64,000 nucleotides of DNA from an uncultured Myxococcales bacterium (GTDB lineage: Bacteria; Myxococcota_A; Polyangia; Fen-1088): assembly GCA_964647025.1 (NCBI GenBank), contig CAZYFU010000001.1, positions 293 to 64,292 of the forward strand, given 5' to 3'. The translations under genes and the position numbers were made by a program. This document shows, one piece after another, positions 58,438 through 64,000 of the stretch; position 1 is the stretch's first letter; each line of letters begins with the position of its first letter. The notes beneath the pieces were generated by a model that saw nothing but the letters and a program-made list of their open reading frames with translations, searched no databases and had not been told where the DNA came from.

Positions 58438-59889
58438 GTGCAAGCCCGGACCATCGCCATCCCCAGGATCGTCATCGCGGGCCTCGCAGGGGACTCCGGC
58501 AAGACCCTGGTGGCGGCCGGGCTCGTTCGGGCGCTCGCCAGGCGAGGCGTCCGGGTTGCACCGTACAAGAAAGGCCCTGACTACATCGATCCCGCCTGGC
58601 TCGCCGCTGCCGCCGGTCGTCCAGCCCGGACCCTCGACACGTATTTGATGTCCAGCTCGGCGTTGCGCGAATCCCTCGCCAGCGCTGGCGATGCCGATCT
58701 GGTCGTCATCGAAGGGAACCGAGGACTCTTCGATGGCATGGATGTGCAGGGCAGACATTCCACGGCCGAGCTGGCAAAGACTCTTCACGCCTCGGTCGTC
58801 CTGGTAGTCGACGTCAGCAAGGCGACCCGCACCGTCGCCGCGTTGGTGCTTGGCTGTCTGGCGTTGGATCCCTCGCTCCCTCTGGCTGGCGTGATTCTCA
58901 ATCGCGTGGGGACCCGGCGACAAGAGCAGCTGATCCGCGACGTCCTGGCCGCCACCACCTCGGTGCCAGTCCTGGGTGCGATCCCCAGGCTGAGATCAGA
59001 GCTGCTGCCTGCCCGGCACCTCGGACTCCTCATGCCCAGCGAACGGCCAGATTGCAGACAGGCTCTCGATCAGATGGCGGATGCCGTCGACGCGGGCGTC
59101 GACTGCGAGGCCATCGTCCACTTCGCCAGCGCCGCACCGCCCTTGCCGTGTGCCGAGGTCCCAGCGGCGCAGGGGCACGGAGACGCAACGGTCACCGTCG
59201 GGTACCTCAAGGACGAAGCCTTCTGTTTCTACTACTCGGAAAATCTCGCCGCCTTGGAGGCCGCCGGTGCCAAGCTGGTGCCGGTATCGCCGATTCGAGA
59301 CCGCTCGCTGCCCGCGCTCGATGCGCTATACGCCGGTGGCGGCTATCCCGAGGAGCACGCGGCTGCTCTGTCGGCGAACGGAGACTTCCGGGGCGCCCTC
59401 GCCGGCCGCATCGCCTCGGGCTTGCCGGTCTGGGCCGAGTGCGGTGGCCTCATGTACCTGGCATCGACGTTGATCACGAAGGGCAATGCCTTCCCCATGG
59501 TGGGCGCCTTGCCGTTGACTGTCGAGCAGACCAATCGGGTCCAGGCGCATGGCTACGTGGAGGCCACCGTCGACACGCCCAATCCGTTTCTTTCGGTGGG
59601 AACCAAGCTCCGAGGCCACGAGTTCCACTACTCGAAGTTGGCAGAGCCGACGGCTCCGTTGACCAGCGCACTGTTCCTCGATCGCGGCGTCGGCGTGGGC
59701 GCCGGTCGCGACGGAATCGTCCAGGGCCGGGTCTTTGCCAGCTACGCACACGTCTTCGCGCCTGGTACGCCGACGTGGGCGCCCGCACTGGTGCGCGCGG
59801 CGCACGAAGCGCGACGACAGACTTGCCCCAACCCCATCGCAATAGGAGACCGCTGTGGCATCAATAACAGTCCAGAACCTGCAAATTGA
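58438..59889 (+). CDS. dsrN: cobyrinic acid a,c-diamide synthase homolog (siroheme amidase DsrN)
   Basis: CbiA/CobB family: N-terminal ATPase (AGLAGDSGKT) plus C-terminal glutamine amidotransferase domain (GLPVWAECGGLMYL). GTG start. Located in the dsr operon. Confidence 0.8.
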   Translation: MQARTIAIPRIVIAGLAGDSGKTLVAAGLVRALARRGVRVAPYKKGPDYIDPAWLAAAAGRPARTLDTYLMSSSALRESLASAGDADLVVIEGNRGLFDGMDVQGRHSTAELAKTLHASVVLVVDVSKATRTVAALVLGCLALDPSLPLAGVILNRVGTRRQEQLIRDVLAATTSVPVLGAIPRLRSELLPARHLGLLMPSERPDCRQALDQMADAVDAGVDCEAIVHFASAAPPLPCAEVPAAQGHGDATVTVGYLKDEAFCFYYSENLAALEAAGAKLVPVSPIRDRSLPALDALYAGGGYPEEHAAALSANGDFRGALAGRIASGLPVWAECGGLMYLASTLITKGNAFPMVGALPLTVEQTNRVQAHGYVEATVDTPNPFLSVGTKLRGHEFHYSKLAEPTAPLTSALFLDRGVGVGAGRDGIVQGRVFASYAHVFAPGTPTWAPALVRAAHEARRQTCPNPIAIGDRCGINNSPEPAN

Positions 59890-60172
59890 AATCGACGAGG
59901 ACGGTTTCATTCAAGAGCCCGACAAGTGGAGCGAGGCCGTCGCCGCCGCATTGGCTGCCACCGAGGGCGTGGGTGAGCTTGGCGAAAGACACTGGGTGCT
60001 GATCAACTATCTGCGCGACTACTACAAGAAGTTCGGCATGGCCCCCATGATTCGAAAGATGTGCAAGGAGGTGAACATGAAGCTTACCGAGGTCTACGAG
60101 CTGTTCCCGACCGGCCCGGCCAAGGGCGCCTGCAAAGCCGCGGGCCTGCCCAAGCCCACGGGTTGCGTTTGA
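59855..60172 (+). CDS. dsrC: DsrC (TusE/DsrC family sulfur carrier)
   Basis: 105 aa. N-terminal VDEDGF motif. C-terminal arm ...CKAAGLPKPTGCV carries the two conserved Cys. Confidence 0.9.
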   Translation: MASITVQNLQIEIDEDGFIQEPDKWSEAVAAALAATEGVGELGERHWVLINYLRDYYKKFGMAPMIRKMCKEVNMKLTEVYELFPTGPAKGACKAAGLPKPTGCV

Positions 60173-60182
60173 GGCTCGCCAC

Positions 60183-61193
60183 ATGGGCAGACACCTGACG
60201 ATGCACCTGGGCGGCGCGCTCGGCGCCGTGCTCATCGCTTGCGGTCTGCCCATGTTGGCCGTCGCCGTCACTGGACGCGGCTGGCTGGTGGCGCTCTCGG
60301 TGGCGGTTCTTGCCGTACCGTTCCTCGTCGTGGGCTTCGTCGCGAAGCTTCTCCGGTGGATTCGCGTTCCCATCCCCTTCCGCATTCCACTCACGGTCGG
60401 GCAGCAGCGCTCGTTGCGCACGGTCGGCCATCAGCGAACCCTCACACCTCACACCGCGCCCCAGGCCGTCGCCCGAGCAGTCCTCGACATCGGCCTCTTT
60501 CGTCCCCTGACCCGAACCACGCCCAGCGCCCGCTCGCTCGGCGACGGCTTGGACCACGGCGCCACGCGGACACTCTGGCTCGCGGCCGGACTGCTCCACC
60601 TTTCCCTGGCCGTGATCCTCGTTCGCCACGCGCGCATGTTCCTCGAGCCCGTGCCGAGCTTCGTCGTCTGGCTGGAGGACATCGACTCGGTGGGTGAGGT
60701 CACGCTGCCGAGACTTCACGCGAGCAGCCTGGTGTTCGGTTTCGCGCTCCTGTTCCTGCTTGGCAGGCGGCTCTGGCTGGCCAGACTGCGCTACATCTCC
60801 CTGGCTGCCGACTACTTCCCGCTGCTGTTGCTCTTGGCTATCGCCACCTTCGGCCTGCTCACCAGGCACGTGACCGGCTCCGACGTTCCGGCGCTGAAGC
60901 AAGCGCTCGTCGGCCTGACCGGGGGATCGCTCGCGCTCCCCGCGACGATGGATCTCTTCCTGGTCGTGCATGTGTTCCTGATTGGTGTGCTCCTGGTCTA
61001 CTTCCCACTGAGCAAGCTCATGCACGCCCCCGGGGCTTGGCTGAGCCCGACGCTGACCATGGCGAACACGAACCGCGAGCGGCGCCACGAGAACCCCAAC
61101 AATGCTTCCGTCGAGGTCCTCCACTACGCCGACTACGAGGACGCCTTTCGTGGCCCGATGATCGCCGCGGGTCTGCCAGTCGAGAAGGAGTGA
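60183..61193 (+). CDS. dsrM: DsrM (NarI/HdrE-like membrane cytochrome b)
   Basis: 336 aa with 5-6 TM helices and conserved His in TM2/TM5. Located immediately upstream of dsrK. Confidence 0.8.
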   Translation: MGRHLTMHLGGALGAVLIACGLPMLAVAVTGRGWLVALSVAVLAVPFLVVGFVAKLLRWIRVPIPFRIPLTVGQQRSLRTVGHQRTLTPHTAPQAVARAVLDIGLFRPLTRTTPSARSLGDGLDHGATRTLWLAAGLLHLSLAVILVRHARMFLEPVPSFVVWLEDIDSVGEVTLPRLHASSLVFGFALLFLLGRRLWLARLRYISLAADYFPLLLLLAIATFGLLTRHVTGSDVPALKQALVGLTGGSLALPATMDLFLVVHVFLIGVLLVYFPLSKLMHAPGAWLSPTLTMANTNRERRHENPNNASVEVLHYADYEDAFRGPMIAAGLPVEKE

Positions 61194-61194
61194 C

Positions 61195-62817
61195 ATGGCG
61201 GCCAAACCCGACAGCCCCGACTACTACGACAAGGCCCGGCTGGAACGGGTCGATCACCGCCCACCACACGCGCCGTGGCGAGACCTGGCGACGACCTTCC
61301 AGCCCGGCAATTTCCTTCACCCCGCGAAACCCAAGAACCTCGAGGCCATGGGGTTGCCGTCCGCGCACGCGTGGTCCCCGCTCGATGAGGACTGGAAGCT
61401 GCCCGACAACTGGAAGCAGATAGTCATCGATGGCATGCGCGAGCGGCTGGCCGCCTCGCGAACCCTGCGCCTGTTCATGGACACCTGCGTGCGTTGCGGT
61501 GCCTGCGCCGAGAAGTGTCCTATCTTCATCGGGACCGGCGATCCAAAGAACATGCCGGTGTTGAGGGCCGAGCTTCTACGCTCGGTCTACCGAAGGTACT
61601 TCACCACGGCTGGCCGTATCATGGGCGAGCTGGCAGGCGCCCGCGAGCTCGACGAGGCGGTCATCAAGGAATGGTTCAAGTACTTCTTCCAATGCACCGA
61701 GTGCCGACGCTGCGCCGTCTTCTGCCCCTACGGCATCGACACCGCCGAGATCACCATGCTGGGCCGCGATCTGCTGCTGCGACTGGGCCTGTCGGCCAAC
61801 TGGGTCATGGAGCCGGTCGCGAACTCATACCGCACCGGCAATCACCTGGGCATCCAGCCCCAAGGGGTGAAGGACTCGCTGGAGTTCCTGGCCGATGAGC
61901 TGGAAGAGGTGACCGGCATCCGCGTCGACGTACCCATCAACCGAAAGGGCGCCGACATCCTGTTCGTCACACCGTCGGGAGACTTGATTGCCGATCCCGG
62001 AACCTACACGGCGATGGGGTACCTGGCCCTGTTTCACGAGCTGGGGCTCAACTACACCTTCAGCACTTACGCTTCCGAGGGCGGCAACTTCGGGCTGTTC
62101 GCGTCGCCCGAGCTGATGAAACGTCTGAACGCGAAGATCTACGCCGAGGCCAAGCGGCTGGGCGTGAAATGGATCCTGGGTGGCGAGTGCGGACACATGT
62201 GGCGCGTGGTCCACCAGTACATGGACACCATGAACGGCCAGGCGAGCTTCCTCGAGGTGCCGACCTCACCCATCACCGGCACGCGCTTCGAGCACGCCCG
62301 CGGGACCAAGATGGTCCACATCGCGGAGTTCACCGCCGACCTCATCGCGCACGGCAAGCTCAGGCTCGACCCGAGCCGCAACGCCGCGGTGCGAGCCACG
62401 TTTCACGACTCCTGCAACCCTGCCCGGGCCATGGGGCTTCTGGAAGAGCCGCGCGACATCTTGCGTGCCGTCTGCAGCGAGTTCCACGAGATGGCAGCGG
62501 ACACCATCCGCGAGCGCACCCTGTGCTGCGGGGGCGGTGCCGGCCTGGCCGCCGACGAGAACATGGAGGTCCGTTTGCGCGCCGGCATGGGGCGGGGCAA
62601 GGCGGTGCAGCAGGTTCGCGATGCGCACGGCGTGAACACCCTGGTCACCATCTGCGCCATCGACCGAGCCACCTTGACCACGGTGTGCGACTACTGGTCC
62701 CCCGGCGTCCGCGTGGCGGGGCTTCACGAGCTGGTTGCCAATGCCCTGGTGATGAAGGGCGAGAAGCCGCGCGAATTGAACCTCCGCCAGGAACCCATCG
62801 CCGCGAGGCAAGCGTGA
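61195..62817 (+). CDS. dsrK: DsrK (HdrD-like, CCG-domain FeS protein)
   Basis: 540 aa. 2x4Fe-4S motifs (CVRCGACAEKCP, CTECRRCAVFCP). CCG-domain Cys (CCGGGAG, C..C). AAGGAG RBS. Confidence 0.88.
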   Translation: MAAKPDSPDYYDKARLERVDHRPPHAPWRDLATTFQPGNFLHPAKPKNLEAMGLPSAHAWSPLDEDWKLPDNWKQIVIDGMRERLAASRTLRLFMDTCVRCGACAEKCPIFIGTGDPKNMPVLRAELLRSVYRRYFTTAGRIMGELAGARELDEAVIKEWFKYFFQCTECRRCAVFCPYGIDTAEITMLGRDLLLRLGLSANWVMEPVANSYRTGNHLGIQPQGVKDSLEFLADELEEVTGIRVDVPINRKGADILFVTPSGDLIADPGTYTAMGYLALFHELGLNYTFSTYASEGGNFGLFASPELMKRLNAKIYAEAKRLGVKWILGGECGHMWRVVHQYMDTMNGQASFLEVPTSPITGTRFEHARGTKMVHIAEFTADLIAHGKLRLDPSRNAAVRATFHDSCNPARAMGLLEEPRDILRAVCSEFHEMAADTIRERTLCCGGGAGLAADENMEVRLRAGMGRGKAVQQVRDAHGVNTLVTICAIDRATLTTVCDYWSPGVRVAGLHELVANALVMKGEKPRELNLRQEPIAARQA

Positions 62818-63194
62818 TGGACGTCGGGAAGATCGTCGGCGGAGCCGTCATCGCGGCCGTGATCGCCGCCGGCCCGCTGTGGGTCGCCACCGTGCGCGGC
62901 GCGAAGACCGAACCACTTGCGCAGCCCATCGGGACTGGGCCATGCATCGAGGCCGCGGACGCCATGCGCACGCGCCACCCGGCCCTGCTCTCCACATGGC
63001 GCGAACAGGTGGTTCGCGAAGGCCAGCGCGCCTATCACACCACCGATGGACGCGACGTACGCATCGGCCTCGGCGAGACCTGCCTCGGCTGCCACGGCGA
63101 GGCCAGCAAGTTCTGCGACCGCTGCCACGCCCAGAATGCCGTCACGCTCTCTTGCTGGCAGTGCCATGCACAGTCGCCGATCGCGCGACCTTAG
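62817..63194 (+). CDS. dsrJ: DsrJ (periplasmic triheme cytochrome c)
   Basis: 125 aa. TM/signal anchor at the N-terminus. Three CxxCH motifs (CLGCH, CDRCH, CWQCH). Start overlaps the dsrK stop (ATGA-type). Confidence 0.8.
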   Translation: MDVGKIVGGAVIAAVIAAGPLWVATVRGAKTEPLAQPIGTGPCIEAADAMRTRHPALLSTWREQVVREGQRAYHTTDGRDVRIGLGETCLGCHGEASKFCDRCHAQNAVTLSCWQCHAQSPIARP

Positions 63195-63254
63195 GGTCCC
63201 TCGAGCTGCTATGAGTAAGAGCTAGTCCGGAAGAAACAAGGAAGAGAAGACCGC

Positions 63255-64000
63255 ATGTACCCCATCATGCTCGATCTGCGCGGGCGGCCCTGTCTGCTCG
63301 TCGGCGCAGGCCCCATCGCGCATCGCAAGCTAATGTCTTTGCTGGCCGAAGACGCGCGCGTGACGGTGGTCGCGCCGACCGCGATAGAACCGATCGCGCA
63401 GCTAGCCGCAGCCGGAGCCATCGCACTGCACAAGCGGCCTTTCGCCGACGACGATGTGTCCGGCGCCGCGCTGGTGTTCGTCGCCACCGGCAAGCCCGAG
63501 GTCGACGAAAAGGTCGCGCAGGCCGCGCGGACTCGCGGTGTCTGGATCAACGTCGCGGACGTGCCTGCGCTTTGCGACTTTCACCTGCCGTCGCGCATTC
63601 AGCGCGGCGACCTCCAGATGGCCATCGCGTCGGGGGGGAACGCCCCGTTCGCGGTGCGCAGGTTGCGACAACTGCTCGACGCGAGGCTGGGTCCGGCGTG
63701 GATCGGGTGGATAGCCGCGGCCAAGAGATTCCGTCAGCGCGTGCAAGCAGCCAAGCTTCCTCCGGCTGCGGCCGACGGGGCGTTCGACCGCTTCGTGGCC
63801 AAGACCGTGGATCCGTCGACGCTCGCGGTGCGCGCCCCCACGGCCGATGAAGAGACCGCGTGGCTTTCCGACGACGCCCCCGCGAAGCCAGGACGCGTCG
63901 CCCTGGTCGGCGCGGGGCCGGGCAACCCCGGGCTGCTCACGGTGCGAGGCCTGCAGCTCCTGCGCACGGCCGACGCCGTCGTGTACGACCGACTGGCGAT
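63255..64000 (+). CDS. cysG: siroheme synthase (CysG: precorrin-2 dehydrogenase/ferrochelatase N-domain + uroporphyrinogen-III C-methyltransferase); runs off window end
   Basis: Manual translation from the ATG at 63255 gives [26 protein letters not shown]... (NAD-binding CysG-N). The methyltransferase motif [19 protein letters not shown]...ADAVVYDRL appears near the window end. Confidence 0.8.
   Translation, partial: MYPIMLDLRGRPCLLVGAGPIAHRKLMSLLAEDARVTVVAPTAIEPIAQLAAAGAIALHKRPFADDDVSGAALVFVATGKPEVDEKVAQAARTRGVWINVADVPALCDFHLPSRIQRGDLQMAIASGGNAPFAVRRLRQLLDARLGPAWIGWIAAAKRFRQRVQAAKLPPAAADGAFDRFVAKTVDPSTLAVRAPTADEETAWLSDDAPAKPGRVALVGAGPGNPGLLTVRGLQLLRTADAVVYDRLA

Overview
This 64 kb window is high-GC DNA (roughly two-thirds to 70% G+C by eye) from a bacterial chromosome. 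Genes are densely packed, many overlap their neighbour by 4 bp (ATGA/GTGA), and the opposite strand carries many long R/G/D-rich ghost ORFs. Gene content looks Myxococcota/Deltaproteobacteria-like: many lipoproteins, sigma-54 machinery, DUF1302 and LolA-like proteins, an MMPL/RND transporter and type III PKS remnants.

Reading left to right:
- 1-3.2 kb: a GH3 beta-glucosidase (runs off the window edge) with an ACS-family MFS transporter.
- 3.3-4.3 kb: murB.
- 4.4-9.8 kb: envelope proteins (a Pro-rich OM protein, a Cys-rich secreted protein, a PAP2 phosphatase), galM and a VWA lipoprotein.
- 9.9-20.5 kb: one minus-strand operon. It combines PAPS synthesis (cysD, fused cysN-cysC), a sulfotransferase and a DHH phosphoesterase (likely pAp phosphatase) with lipid-handling genes: a FadL-like OM channel, a KAS III, a secreted hypothetical, a DUF1302 OM protein and a LolA-like protein. 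I read this as a putative sulfated-lipid biosynthesis and export cassette.
- 20.5-25.6 kb: an island of four lipoprotein genes with lower GC and S/T/N-rich products. Two flanking members are paralogs, and one contains a 4x45-bp in-frame tandem repeat.
- 26.0-28.4 kb: an MMPL/RND transporter.
- 28.5-36.4 kb: a metallophosphoesterase lipoprotein divergent from a GAF-sigma54 enhancer-binding protein, pfk, a MATE efflux pump, and a PAS histidine kinase with a response regulator.
- 36.9-40.0 kb: pterin dehydratase, then about 2.7 kb of decayed biosynthetic genes: an internally deleted ketosynthase, a truncated ACP, a frameshifted FAD oxidoreductase, the C-terminal third of a type III PKS, and a frameshifted SAM methyltransferase. 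This resembles a dead srs/ars-like phenolic-lipid cluster.
- 40.0-44.2 kb: small envelope and stress genes.
- 44.2-63.2 kb: a complete dissimilatory sulfate/sulfite reduction divergon. The minus-strand operon is dsrO-like, dsrP-like, aprB, aprA, qmoA, qmoB, qmoC, then a second dsrJ-like triheme cytochrome coupled to qmoC. Diverging from a roughly 480 bp intergenic region with two sigma54-like promoter matches, the plus-strand operon is dsrA-dsrB-dsrD-dsrL-dsrN-dsrC-dsrM-dsrK-dsrJ, followed by cysG (siroheme synthase, running off the window end).

The most unusual feature is that dsrOP sit in front of aprBA-qmoABC, with an extra dsrJ paralog behind qmoC. This suggests a Qmo complex carrying DsrJOP-like periplasmic and membrane partners, which I do not know from characterised sulfate reducers. 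No tRNA, rRNA or CRISPR was seen.
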